Shown here: one piece after another, positions 11,696 to 23,823 of the stretch
Layout: each line of letters starts with the position of its first letter
Numbering within the stretch: the first letter of the stretch is position 1
Assembly (NCBI RefSeq): GCF_000981445.1
Contig: NC_027216.1
Location: forward strand, 1,178,001 to 1,242,000
Direction of reading: 5' to 3'
DNA: 64,000 bases
DNA from: Babesia bigemina
Taxonomy: Eukaryota
Notes under the pieces: generated by a model
What the model was told of the DNA's origin: nothing
Database searches by the model: none
The model's input: only the letters and a program-made list of their open reading frames with translations
Translations under genes and position numbers: made by a program

Positions 11696-13408
11696 ATGTC
11701 TTCACTTACCCCTAAGGCACCGAAAAATACAGTCGCTAGTGCTGAAAAAAGTCATACAAATGATTTAACAGCCCTTGCACTGCAGCATTCTGGGATAAGA
11801 CTCCCTGACCGAACTGGTTTACTCGCGGAGATTACTGCGGAAGATTACGACTTTGCCGTGGCTAACATTAACCATGAATATAATGCGCTCTTCACGCTGC
11901 TTCAGAGATTACGATTCGAAAAGTTGCGCAAGCTCACATCCCAAGATGGATGGAACCCTTTTGATCTCCAATTCGCGGACGTATGCACACCAATCCCGAT
12001 AGGAGATGTTGAAAATTACAGTTACGACGAACAAACTTCCAGTTGCCGATGTCCCAACAAATTACTACCTTGTTCGCGCCACCAAGCGCTCAACGATCTT
12101 GAAATATGGACATATCAGTTGCGTAAGTTGCTTTCTCAATCAAAGTTTTCAACAAGGTACGACCGGTTGAAGTTGGCGACCAAACATCTCAATATTATAA
12201 ACTCGAAAGGGATTCTATTACAAGCTGGGTTGTTAGATAATATAGCTATAAAGAGGAAACAGATCTGCAATTCTGTTGATGCCGTTTTGTGTTCAATGCG
12301 AGACCATTCTAGAGCCAGCACTGAGTGGTATGTGTTTATACGCATGATTGTAACACCCCCATCACTTCATTAGACATGTATATGAGGCCACCCTTATGTC
12401 CAGCTCAAAGCATTGTAGGTCATCTTGGGGTGGTTGTTCAGAGAAGTGCAACAGAGGTACGCAGGAGAGATTCAAGATAACTTATAACAACGGCGTAAGG
12501 GAATTTGTTGTAGATAGGAGGACTTGCGAGCTAACGAAGTGTTCCGATTTAAACCAGCCTAATGTGTCTCAGTGTTTGATTTCAATCGTGCCACGGAATA
12601 AGTCCACTAATGCCGTAGTCCGTACTTGTGCTTGTCCAACCGAAGATTCGGTAATGTGTTCATCCGAGGAAGCACGAATTACCATGGATAGTTGGATCAC
12701 ACAATTCAGAGAGTATTGTAAAAAAGCTCTGATACACAATGAAGGCAACAATATTTTACACAAGGTGGGTTGACGATCTTTTCCATATATATTAATGGGT
12801 ATAAAAACGTTCGAATTTTACCACTGCAAATTAGCTAGTGTTCTAACACATGTAGGAACTATTTGATATCGCGAAAATAAAGATAATACGGTTGTACTTA
12901 ACACATGAGCAGTATTGCGAACTGGCGGGCTACGCTTCCAGTCAACGCATATGTTGCATTGTGATGCCATTCTGCATATCTATTTCTCCATACACGTCAT
13001 ACCAAATATAGACACATAGACTGATGTTTATTGACCTTTGCAGGACATCCCGCAGTTGAACACCCAGTACCTGGGGAGGTTCGTACAGATTAGGTTCCGC
13101 GATGGATACTATTTTGACTGCACCGAGAGATGGGGAATGATAGACAATGACGATACAACCAGCTACTGCAAGATAGGTTCGCCGATTCTTTGCAGGGAGC
13201 ATATCACGAAAAGTAATGCGAGAGGTCAGTTAAAATTTCGGACGTGTCATACATCGTAGCGTCATTTTTGGAGACAGATGTTACTGAGTACGACACCACA
13301 AGCAGGTCTCTAGTTACACACGCACTCGTGGTTTGGATACTTCTACTGACGCTCGTGTACACATTAGGAAGCCTGTGGCGCCGCAAACGTGGGAGCCTTC
13401 ACATTTAA
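11696..13408 (+). CDS. Thrombospondin type-1 repeat transmembrane protein, multi-exon (adhesin-like)
   Basis: Intron 12328-12418 restores EWSSWGGCSEKCNRGTQER (TSR). Two CxCP..C..W modules. Intron 13225-13259 leads to ASFLET...ALVVWILLLTLVYTLGSLWRRKR (TM helix plus basic tail). Middle exons and start are uncertain. Confidence 0.75.
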
Positions 13409-13436
13409 ATTGAGTAAAACATACAATAAAAAATTC

Positions 13437-14002
13437 ATGGGCTTTGTTGCGCCTTTACATGCCACTGATGTGGACTTCATTGATATACATTTCCGAGATT
13501 CCTTATTTGACGTAACTTACAACATATATGGGAAACAAATCCACTCCATATGGTTATACGGAACTATATTGAGGTGAGATTACGCTAATTGATCGATTCT
13601 AACATTGATTTAGTGTAGACTATGACAAGGAGCTTTTTGATTTCAACGACGGTTCAGGGAGGATCCTTCAAATAAAATTCGGCCATACCTTCGTGAACTC
13701 ATTTGCTGAAAACGAGGACGTTATAAAGGTAGATAAATCACGTAAGTCATTGACTTTAATTCGCAGAAAGGTTCTTTGGTATCTATCATCTGTGGGCTTT
13801 CACACGTCATTGTAGAGCAAGACGCCCTCCTTTGTCTAAGGGTATTGGCAAAGATTTAAAGTTTATTTTGATTACTCAGCTCATACGAATCACAAGCGTC
13901 TTGTATGGCGATATGAAATATTGGCCATATAAGGTACACATTACTGCGGGTTATTACAAGCATTGACAGGTCAAGCAATGGCGCATAGGAACACATTCAT
14001 AA
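13437..14002 (+). CDS. Small OB-fold protein (RMI2/STN1/RPA32-like), 5 exons
   Basis: Four short GT-AG introns join one frame of ~135 aa: IWLYGTILSVD...FDFNDGSG...KGSLVSIICGL...LIRITSV...YWPYKVKQWR. Confidence 0.65.
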
Positions 14003-14009
14003 TCACGGA

Positions 14010-15404
14010 ATGGAGGACTTATGTCAGAAGACAAAGCTAGATGATTCGATCATTAAAAGGTTTGTGAACAGAATATCTAAATTTCGACGTACAGCTTTAA
14101 TGTTACGCTGGCATTCAAGGATCGTTTTTCTGTAACGAATGGCATGGATTGGGACGCTTCCGGAGAGTTTATGGTAACGTCATCACTCGATAGAACCGTT
14201 TATTTATATTCGGTTAACAAAGCTGGGTATGTTTAGTTATTGTGGGCGGTGCATTCAAGTGTACTTTAATAGTTTAAATCCAAAAAAAATCAGGCTGACT
14301 AATGTGCTGCAAAGCAAGAAGCATGGGGTTTCTGCTGTTAGATTTACCCATGAAGGGCCGCGGCAGATAGTATGCAGTTCTTCCAGGGATACACCTACGG
14401 GTTAGTATAGAGTTTAAATGAACTCCCTAACTTAACCCCAGCTTCAGTCAAATTATGGGATACAGTGGAAAACCGTTATATTAAGAGCTTCTCACTGGCT
14501 TCACCGTATGTTATATCTACGTTAGCCACCTACACTTATTAGAGTTCGTCGAGGCCGCGCCATATCGCCACATCCATCCCGTGATTTGATGTTAATCAGT
14601 ACGTGGGACACCTGTTTGTTATATACATACGACAATTCGTCACCTCTGGTAAGTGTAACATGTTAATATAATTTGACCTGAAGTGGCAGGCATCATACAA
14701 TGGTGCAAGCATGATTGGAGCGTTTGACTCTTTAGGATTGATTTTTGCTATTTGCGATTCAACTCACAGCAGAAAGTCTCTCTCCCTGTATGACATGTCT
14801 AAATACCAGGTATGCAGCAGTTGGATGACTACAAAGGCTCTTAACATCTTCACACATTCCAGGCACCATTTGCTACCTTCGACCTCGGGAAAATACTCCT
14901 TAAGTCGGAGGAGGTTGTGGTTAGTGGCCATTGAAGATCCTAATTACACCCAATCAGAGCGTTGACTTCAATCCAAATGGCCGCTCCTTGGTTTTGGGGA
15001 CAAACTATACGAGGCTGTTATGTGTCAATGCTGTTACCGGATCGGCTGCCTTTGCGTGTTGCTACAGCGATGAGCCTGCCATCATCAAAGAGCAGAAGGT
15101 CTTCTGTTATCCTTCTATTTCCTCAGACGGCAAGTATTTACTATGCGGTAGGTGCTATGCTTAGAAATTTAAACTTGTGGAAGGATGCACTAATGGGAGC
15201 ATCTCGATCTGGAACTTCAAAGGGCAATCTGTGTGCAGTTTAGTGGGCCATGAAGGTAACCATACGTTGCTTATAATTCACTGGTGAACAACAGGGCCCC
15301 CGTATTTCGCCTGCTTCAATCCGCGGAAGGCTATGATCTCGTCGGCGTGTGTAAAAGTAGCGTGGTGGCAGCCTGCTCTCGTTAACTCTGACGAAACATT
15401 ATAA
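14010..15404 (+). CDS. WDR82: WD40 protein WDR82/Swd2, multi-exon
   Basis: Spliced N-terminus KLDDSIIKSFNVTLAFKD...LQSKKHGVSAVRFTH and C-terminus CFNPRKAMISSACVKVAWWQP resemble WDR82. Confidence 0.85.
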
Positions 15405-15515
15405 TTATTTGCACGATAACGTACTGTCCAGTTTTTTACGCTATGCGTTCCTGTAGCAGCAGATGTGAGCATTCGCCGAAAAACGCGAAATGATTTGGCG
15501 CGGTTCAACCTATTT

Positions 15516-17291
15516 ATGGAGGAATGCTTCTTTAACTATCTTCGCCTTTTAGGCGAGCCTGTTTGGAGGCGCCTTTTCCGCAGGCGAGCTCCATTGCGCG
15601 CTATTTTACGCAGTCTTGGTGAGCTGGAACAGCTAATAATCTTGAGGCTATTAAACATTAGACAGGCTGTGTCAGAGCGGGCGTTGAGATTGTGGATGAA
15701 TCCTAATTCGTTTACAGATCTCCGAGCTGCCTTATCTTTATTGCAGTCGTATCACATAATTCAGGTCTCTGATAATCGAACAAAGGAAGGGAAACAGCAA
15801 TTTGAATTACATAAGGAATTTAAGACATCGATGCTGGCGGAACTCTATGACACTTCAACTGATTTCGACAGCGGATTGCAGCTATTGGGCAATATAAACA
15901 ATAACGCACAAAAAGACCCCAAAAGCAAGCCATCATTTGCAACTCTTGTAAAGCATTCAAAAGAGCGTCTAGATTTCCTTGTACTATTTTTAGTCTCAAG
16001 TCAAGTGCGACGACATACATTGAGGGCAAACAAAATTGCGAAAAAGTTAAAGAAGTTAGAAAAATCGAAAGACCCTAATGTCAAGAATCCGCTGTTAAAC
16101 AAAAAGATCAAATCCTTGGAACACCAGTTAACGGCACTCAGTAAACGTGCGAATGTGGTGTCTATGGATCTGTTAAAAATTTTCCAACGGTTCAACATGA
16201 TATCAGAAGATAACAAGAAGAACAAAGTCCACGGTGCCGACGCAGGAATGAGCAGGCAGGCATTAAGTTGGCTTTTGAAGGGTGTCCACGGCCAGTTGAT
16301 AATTTTGCTGGTAGGCCATTTACAACAAATGGAGGGGGGGTATTTAACGAATATTTCCGGCCGTAAACCTACACAGTTAGATTTATATACCCGGGAATGT
16401 AGAGATATAAGTGCTGATAATGATAAAGCAAGTGCGGAGAGAGTCGAATTAGCAATAACAACAATTACAGAATCCGTAGATTTTCTTTTGTCGCTTTCAC
16501 AAGCCAGATCCGGTGATATGTTTAGTATTGTTAGTCTAACAAAAACGCAGCAGAGGTTGGTGAAGCTTCTGACGGAGATGGGCATATTATATGTCGATTC
16601 AACCAAAGGATATTTTTACGTTTTCGACCTTACATTTTTGGTTGGAAGGAATGAGTCGGACGTCAACCGTACACCCAGGCTATCGATGTCCATTTGTGGA
16701 ACTACAGACAGCAAAATAGTTGTGCAAAGCAATTTTAAGGTCTATGTATATACAGCAAATGCATTACAAATAAGCGTTTTAAGTCACGTATGCGAATTAC
16801 AGGCACGGACGCCTAATCTAGTAATTGGCGTTTTGACCAGGTCAAGCGTTCAGGCTGCTTTCAAAAGCGGCATTACCGCAGAGCAGATTATAAGATTTTT
16901 TGAATCAAAGAGCCAACATGAAGACACCAATATATCTGCATTGGCAATGCGGGTGCCGGAAAATGTGCGACGCCAATTAAAAATGTGGGAGGCCGAGCGC
17001 AACAGATTAGAGCTCATTAATGCCATACTCTTCAAACGTTGGGACACTGAATTCATGCCTGAGCTATTCAAGAGGACAGTGCGGTGGGCGCAAGTAAAGC
17101 GTTATGATCTGTTCCACACACGATGGCCGCCTGATTTATACTCTCAAGACTACCAAACATGGTTAAAAAACGAAAAGTACTTGGCATGTACTTTTGAGTC
17201 CAAGGAGGAAGTTATTGACAAAATAAAGCAAATTAGAATGTCATTGGCTGAAGAAAAAACTCGTATCACGTCGGATCCTACATATAGATAG
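15516..17291 (+). CDS. TFB2: TFIIH subunit p52/Tfb2
   Basis: IVVQSNFKVYVYT, PNLVIGVLTRSSVQAAFKSGITAEQIIRF, VPENVRRQLKMWEAERNRL. Confidence 0.92.
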   Translation: MEECFFNYLRLLGEPVWRRLFRRRAPLRAILRSLGELEQLIILRLLNIRQAVSERALRLWMNPNSFTDLRAALSLLQSYHIIQVSDNRTKEGKQQFELHKEFKTSMLAELYDTSTDFDSGLQLLGNINNNAQKDPKSKPSFATLVKHSKERLDFLVLFLVSSQVRRHTLRANKIAKKLKKLEKSKDPNVKNPLLNKKIKSLEHQLTALSKRANVVSMDLLKIFQRFNMISEDNKKNKVHGADAGMSRQALSWLLKGVHGQLIILLVGHLQQMEGGYLTNISGRKPTQLDLYTRECRDISADNDKASAERVELAITTITESVDFLLSLSQARSGDMFSIVSLTKTQQRLVKLLTEMGILYVDSTKGYFYVFDLTFLVGRNESDVNRTPRLSMSICGTTDSKIVVQSNFKVYVYTANALQISVLSHVCELQARTPNLVIGVLTRSSVQAAFKSGITAEQIIRFFESKSQHEDTNISALAMRVPENVRRQLKMWEAERNRLELINAILFKRWDTEFMPELFKRTVRWAQVKRYDLFHTRWPPDLYSQDYQTWLKNEKYLACTFESKEEVIDKIKQIRMSLAEEKTRITSDPTYR

Positions 17292-17514
17292 ACAATACGA
17301 TTGCCATTACTTTAGACGCTGAAAAATGGCATTTGGAGAGCATAATAGGCATACTATGCAACAACTGAGCGATATAGACTCAATAGAGTGGTAGCGAATT
17401 GATGCATAGCCTCCAATTTTACTTTGTAACCACGTATATAAAGTCCTGATTGCAACATTTAGGCGACAGAAATGCAGATAATGTACAATTGTTATTACAC
17501 TGTATATTATGGTT

Positions 17515-18322
17515 TCATATCATGTTCATAAACTTTACAAAGCTGTCAAAGTCATTCTGCCACTGTTCCCTCTCGTCCCTTGTTTTGAACATGAATAGAT
17601 AACAGTTGTTACCTGCTGAAATTTCCAAGTATCTCAAGTTGTCGACTTTCGTCTTGAAGTTTGTTATTTTGGACACGGGCAGAGTGCCTATCAGCTGTCT
17701 TTTGTTTTCATCATCTTCTGAGGCCTTAACCTTATACCATTGTATACATTTGCCATCCTTACTACATGTAACTCGAACCTTTTCGTGGAAAATTGCAGTT
17801 TTCACCTTGACAATTTTAGTCAAAGCCTTCCTATATTGTAGAATCTTGTTCTGACGTATGTCCTTTGCGGTTGCCTGATGCATAATGAACTCATACAAAC
17901 GTTTAAAAATTGACTTGTCGTACCGTTTCGTCGCTGGAGTCACTCGACGACCCGTTGGATTCTTCATCCGTTGCAGCCTTAAGACATTTTGCAGAGTATG
18001 TCGGGCGCCTCCTATTAGCTCGTATGGATGCAGTTTCTGAGGGTTTAGACCCTCGGTCATACGAGGCGATCACAGGTTTGGGCTGCAAAGCGTGATACAT
18101 ACATTTTCCTCGCCACAACCTTATCTTTTAACAGGTCTTCGTGAAATCCGAAGACCGAACTGTCTAGATTCCACTTGTTTAGTTCGTTGTAGTTGAGTTC
18201 AGTTGTCTGTATGTCGGCATGTGTTTTATAAAGTACAAGGAAAATACACTAACATTAAAAATCCATGCGCTTAGTAGCGGCCCGTCTGGAGTTCTGTAGG
18301 GAGCACCTGAATATGACGACAT
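17515..18322 (-). CDS. APH: Acylated pleckstrin-homology domain protein (microneme exocytosis), 4 exons
   Basis: KTAIFHEKVRVTCSKDGKCIQWYK...KITNFKTKVDNL...FKTRDEREQWQ matches the APH PH domain; N-terminal GP..FNTTELNYNEL. Introns 18253-18207, 18119-18083 and ~17914-17875. Confidence 0.88.
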
Positions 18323-18754
18323 TTTCAATTCCACAGATTATACACGAGGCTAGTGTGTACAGACTATATATGGAAAGTTCCTATCGAGGGAGGCTAAAAC
18401 GCGGTTGTTTGCAAATGCATCGATGTGGACATATGTCACCAGTCAGATTAAAAATAGATATTGAATGGCGGGTAAAGCACCCACAGTGGTATCAAATGGT
18501 ACTGACGCATAGCGTGCATTTGTCGTATTGACATGGTGTGTAAGATACACTAGAGTATAGAGCCACTTTAAACAGACAAATACAAACAAAACAAAACTTT
18601 TATGCGCCAACTGTTGATATACTGCGTTATACATAACGCTTCGTAATAGTCAACTCCTGGATGTGAGTTGATGCGTCGGCTGCAAACGGGGCTTCGATAT
18701 AAGGCATCATAGGATAGGTGTAAAGAACGTTTCGATTTCGGAATTCATATAAAA

Positions 18755-19828
18755 ATGTCTGATTGGTTTGGTAGCGTAGTAAATTCGTTGAGTGGTTCGA
18801 CTCAGTCGGACTCAAAGCAAGCCGAAAAAGCCTCAAATGATAAGAACGGTTGCCATATTTATGCCGTAGTTGTCATGCGGCACTATGCACAGAATGAGGC
18901 GTGTAGGCTTACTGCGGAGTACGATTTCTCGCCTCTCCCTATGTATATGGCCAAAATATCGCGTGAGGTGACCGATTTGGTGTCTAGGTATGTACAAGCA
19001 GTTTTATATACAATACATGATCTGTTTTAGAACCTGTATAAATTGCGTATCAACAGCATATGCCTTGGCGTATTGCCCCCCCATTATTATATGCATCCTT
19101 CGTAATATATTTACCATGGTAACATGTATACCCAATGCAAATGTCATAATAGGACCACGGCTCAAGAGGCGTTTCCCGATCAATCTAAGTGTGTTGACAT
19201 GGAAAACAGTATGGGCATGTTTTACGTCAAAGCAACAAGCGATCCTCCACCAAACCAACTAGTTTTTGTTGTTGCAGTTAACAAGTTTTGTACCAGATAT
19301 CAAGCCTTACAATTTCTTCAGGAGGCCATGCATGTTTACAAGGTATGAACGTAATTTTGTCGGCACTGTTGTGTCTTGAACCATATATGATTTGTTACGC
19401 ATCTATCAGCATGTTTTATCAAGAAAGGACTGCATTACACTAATCACATACAGGTTAAAGGCGATGTGTATCGCGACAATGTGGGTGATTCCCTGAAATG
19501 CCCAGCTCTGCGCGCATTGATGACTCAATATAAAGGCAAACGTGACGTGCTCGTTGACGCGCAATCCAAATTGGACGAGGTAGTGCTAATGTGAGAGAAT
19601 ACAGCATCTTATAACAGACGAAGCAAATTGTGATGGACACTCTGGACAAGCTAATCCATAGGCAAGGGAACCTGGATGAACTAATCGCAAAAAGCCAGGA
19701 CATGACACAATCTACGGCGAGACTTATGAGGTATGTGGCGTTTTAATACACGCATAATGTCGTGAATACCACACCTTACCATGAACAGGGACGCGAAGCG
19801 CCGAAACAGCTGTTGCGCAGCGATGTGA
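18755..19828 (+). CDS. YKT6: Ykt6-like longin R-SNARE, multi-exon
   Basis: Longin-like N-terminus, SNARE core TLDKLIHRQGNLDELIAKSQDM, C-terminal CCAAX prenylation motif RRNSCCAAM*. Confidence 0.8.
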
Positions 19829-19901
19829 ATGTAGGGCCCCTGATATTTGGCTCGTCTGCAAAGACACTATTAGGCACATCAAATATTGTTATGTAATTAA
19901 A

Positions 19902-20234
19902 ATGGAATCGTATTCACCCAGTTCTTACATCGCGAACATCGCGCGCCAGCCTGTTCTTGTTAAGTTGAACGATGGAACCAATTTCTACGGTACGTAATCT
20001 AGGACGAAAGGCCACACACTAATAATATAGCATTTAATGTTGTCATCAGGAATTCTTTCGAGTTTGGATGATCGCATGAATTTGGCCATGGAGAATACGA
20101 AGGAGTTTTGCGATGGCCAACTTGTGAAAAGTTACGGCGACTCTTTCATTCGTGGCAACAATGGTAATTAAAGTAATGACGCGTAAAATGTAGCTGCAGT
20201 ATTGTACATAAGTCTGCGCCGGGACACTCAGTGA
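19902..20234 (+). CDS. LSM6: U6 snRNA-associated Sm-like protein LSm6, 3 exons
   Basis: Spliced: PVLVKLNDGTNFYGILSSLDDRMNLAMENTKEFCDGQLVKSYGDSFIRGNNVLYIS. Confidence 0.88.
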
Positions 20235-20623
20235 AAGTTTTAGTGACAATGCCCGTTAGGGACGTGCCATTCCAGGATAAAGGACAACAGCGTTGTTTTA
20301 CACTTCATTCGACTACATTAGATATCGTGTACTGGATCATAATGCCGGCGGTACATTTTGAGCCTACGCCAAATAAATCGGCGAGTCACAATGAATACAC
20401 CATAATGAATTGGCCAGCAAACACAGCATATCATTAAAGCGAACGTGCATATGGCGCTTAGTGCACATTTTAGATCGCTATCCAAAGCCCCTGTGATCGT
20501 TGCCTTATAGAAGGCTGACGGTGTGGCCTTTTGTGCGCTATGAAATATTGACCTGCCTCAGACACCTAATACGACATTAACACGGATTGATAAATACCAC
20601 AAGTCTAATGAGTCTACATATGT

Positions 20624-21651
20624 TCAAACATTTGCGATAATATTAGCGATTTCTGGGCAGAGGGAGACAATCTGTATCTTGGGTTCACGAAGGATCGTTT
20701 CGTTATGACGAATACTGTCAGTGGTTATAATCCGCTTTATGCAGGAGGACCTAATTTTGTGCAGTGCAGATCCTGAGAATATTCCGTGCGTGATTACCGC
20801 GAACACACTAGCAGCCCCGTTAGCTATCAAAAGTTCTGCCGCCTTGCAGAGTGTCCCCGCTGTATCCACTATATCATCCACTATGATTGCAGTCCTCCCT
20901 TCCACTGTGCCGCAAAGTTTTGCATCAGCTACTTGGTTAGCTGTTAGCCGTTGTTTAAATATCATAGCCGAAGAGATGTCGTACGACGGGTACGCGTTTG
21001 CGAGCATATTAAGGAAATGAACAGATCTTGAATAAGCACCAGCATCGGCGGAAACGATCGCCACTTTCTCTAATCCACTCAAGTGTTCTAAAAATAGACG
21101 GTGAACATTTATGTTATCCACCTGTACCCTCGGACCAAAGAATCCCTGGCACATTGCACTGTGGAGGTCGAAAGATATTACGCGATTAACACCAACGAGT
21201 TCCAACATTCGAGCGACATCACTCTGAGCCAGGATATTATGTGTTGTCACGCGTTTTACTAATACCGAGAAAGCACATGAAACGCTACACACAACAGGGC
21301 ATTTTGTAGGCTGGGTATCGCACTCACCGCTGATATGTTAGAGCCATTAGACGTTTTCCTATCATGCCTTGAATATCCGAAATACGGTATAATTGCCGTG
21401 ATATGTTTGGCACCTGATCTGCTGGCAGCGGCAATCATGAATAACAGCTCCAGCAGATTGTTAGCAGGTGGTGATGTAGATTGAATGAACACCACATTTG
21501 CACCATGCAGCTGTTCTTGTAGGTCCACATTTATTTCACCATCAGAGAAGGTGGACACATTAGCCTTTCCCAGAGGCGTTCCAGCTAGCGTACAAATGTC
21601 GTTGACCAACTGCTTATTCCAGTTGCCAGTAAATATCAAAGGACGCTTCAT
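20624..21651 (-). CDS. PRPS: Ribose-phosphate pyrophosphokinase, 2 exons
   Basis: FSDGEI, IPYFGYSRHDRK, DLHS, IIVDDIVDTAGTL, THGIFSG. Confidence 0.95.
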
Positions 21652-22230
21652 ATTCACTTACTAAATATTACATTAAAACATACGGATAAGGGCTATGGTT
21701 GATACACATCTACTTTGTGACACCTCCAGACACCTATGGGGGACCTGTTCAGACTACTCCACGTTCCATAAAAATACATATACACCTCTCAACCGTGTGA
21801 ATATGCCTGTAGAAAATTCTATTCGTGAATTAAAGCACTCTGACGGCAACAGTGCTTACCCTCGTAAGATATTTATGATCAAGTTGCGTCGTGCCGTGCC
21901 TGATAGAACGGAATATAACAACAAAGCCAATGCTAGCAGTAAACATTAGATATGTGTTACTAAGATGCACATCACCGGCGCGGCCACCACCTAAAACAAA
22001 TGGATGTTAAGCCTAGCCGCTGATCGCGAATTAACGCGCAAAATTCCAAATTGAACGTAAATGTGTCGACAGGAATATAATTACCGAGATTCAGTGATTT
22101 AGCACAATCTACCTAGAACCGTCTGGACAGGCGTAAAATACCGCGGAGAGTGTCCGACAGAGGGAATATCATAGTTACCGTGCACGAGCAGCTACCCATG
22201 CGTGCATCGCGTTATCCACCACCAACGGAT

Positions 22231-23558
22231 TCATTTGGTGGAGAGGGCTGCTACACCAGGTAAGATCTTGCCCTCCAACAACTCTAACGATGCACCTCCT
22301 CCGGTGGAAATGTGGCTGAATAAGTGTGACCTCCCAGTTTGTTCTGCCAAAGAAGCGGTGTCACCTCCGCCAATCACAGTTATGGCCCCTCTCTTTGTCG
22401 CCTCCCCCACGATATCCAATGCAGCCACAGAACCTTCGGCAAAGTTAGAAAACTCGAATACACCTAAGGGACCATTCCAAACGATGGTCTGGCACCCGTC
22501 AACGACACTTTTGAGCAGTTCGCTTGTTTTTGGCCCACAATCCAGTCCTTCCCAGCCGTCGGGAATGCCCTCATCCTCCGTTACCATTTTGAATGGCGCA
22601 TCGTTAGAGAAATCGGCGGCAGCCTTGTAATCAACAGGGAAATACACTTTCACACCCCTCTCTTTTGCCTTAGCCATGATATCTGGGACTATTGCAGCGC
22701 CCGGAGCATCGTACAACGATTTGCCTATGGGCATGCCATGAAGCACTTTCTTGAAAGTGTAGGCCATGCCACCACCAATGAAAATTACATCCACCTTTTC
22801 CAGAAGCGATTCTATCAGTTGAATCTTGTCAGAGATCTTCGCTCCACCGAGAATGCTCAAAAAGGGCCTACGTGGAGTTTCCAGAACTTTTGCAAAATAG
22901 TCCAGCTCTTTCTTCATAAGTAGGCCTGCAACCTTCAACGGCGCATCGACACCAACCATGGAGCTGTGGGCTCTGTGAGCGGTGCCGAAGGCATCATTTA
23001 CATATATATCACCCAGTTTGCTTAGGCTTTTGCGGAAGTCCTCAATAACTTTGCCATCGACATTAACCTTATCTTTTACACCCTCCTCGGCAGCATGGAA
23101 TCTCAGGTTTTCAAGTAGCCCTATGGTACCCAAAGGAGCTTCCTGACAAAACTTCTCAACCACAGGTCCAACGCAGTCATCTAAGAAATCCACCTTTCTG
23201 TTGTTGAGAGCTTTGGATAATTCTGCAGCCACAGGACGTAACGAGTACTTTTCCACACGTTCTCCATTAGGCCTTCCTAAGTGAGACATTAAAACAATCG
23301 AATGTACGCCATGATCCAGTAGGAACTGAATAGTAGGTATGGTTGCTTTAATGCGCGTGCAGTCTCGGACGGACCCATCCTTTATAGGCACGTTAAAATC
23401 CACTCGAAGTAGGACTCGCGACCCAGGCAACTGCAAGTTTGTGTAAGATTGTCTCAGGGTAAGTGCGTGTCGCTATTAAAGTTAAAGTGTGTGCCAACTT
23501 TCCTCACCTTGTCAGTGATGTCGGCAAGGCCGAGTTTTGACGAGAGGGTTGATACCAT
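22231..23558 (-). CDS. PGK: Phosphoglycerate kinase, 2 exons
   Basis: RVDFNVP, SHLGRP, LENLRF, NDAFGTAHR, STGGGASLELLEGK. Exon 1 (MVSTLSSKLGLADITDK) starts at 23558. Confidence 0.97.
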
Positions 23559-23823
23559 GATGATTAAATGACACCCAAATCAGAAACAGAGATTGCCGCG
23601 CTATTCTATTCGTATTTTTAGATGCAAACTTAGAGGACAATATTTAGGTGGACTGTGTGGCCTTTGACTAACTGGGGCCCACGCCTACACCATTCGTATG
23701 CGTGGTGACACTTTCCCATCAACGGATACAATCATGTTTAAATATACTACCCAACATAATATGGGTGCCGAACGCGGATGTTATCATTAACTTGATGTGT
23801 GTGAATTGCCAATGGTAGCTAGT

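Noticed and set aside
22202..22923. Antisense ORFs over PGK (likewise over TFB2, MMS19, BCKDHB and PABP)
   Set aside because: Shadow frames of well-supported genes with no motifs of their own.
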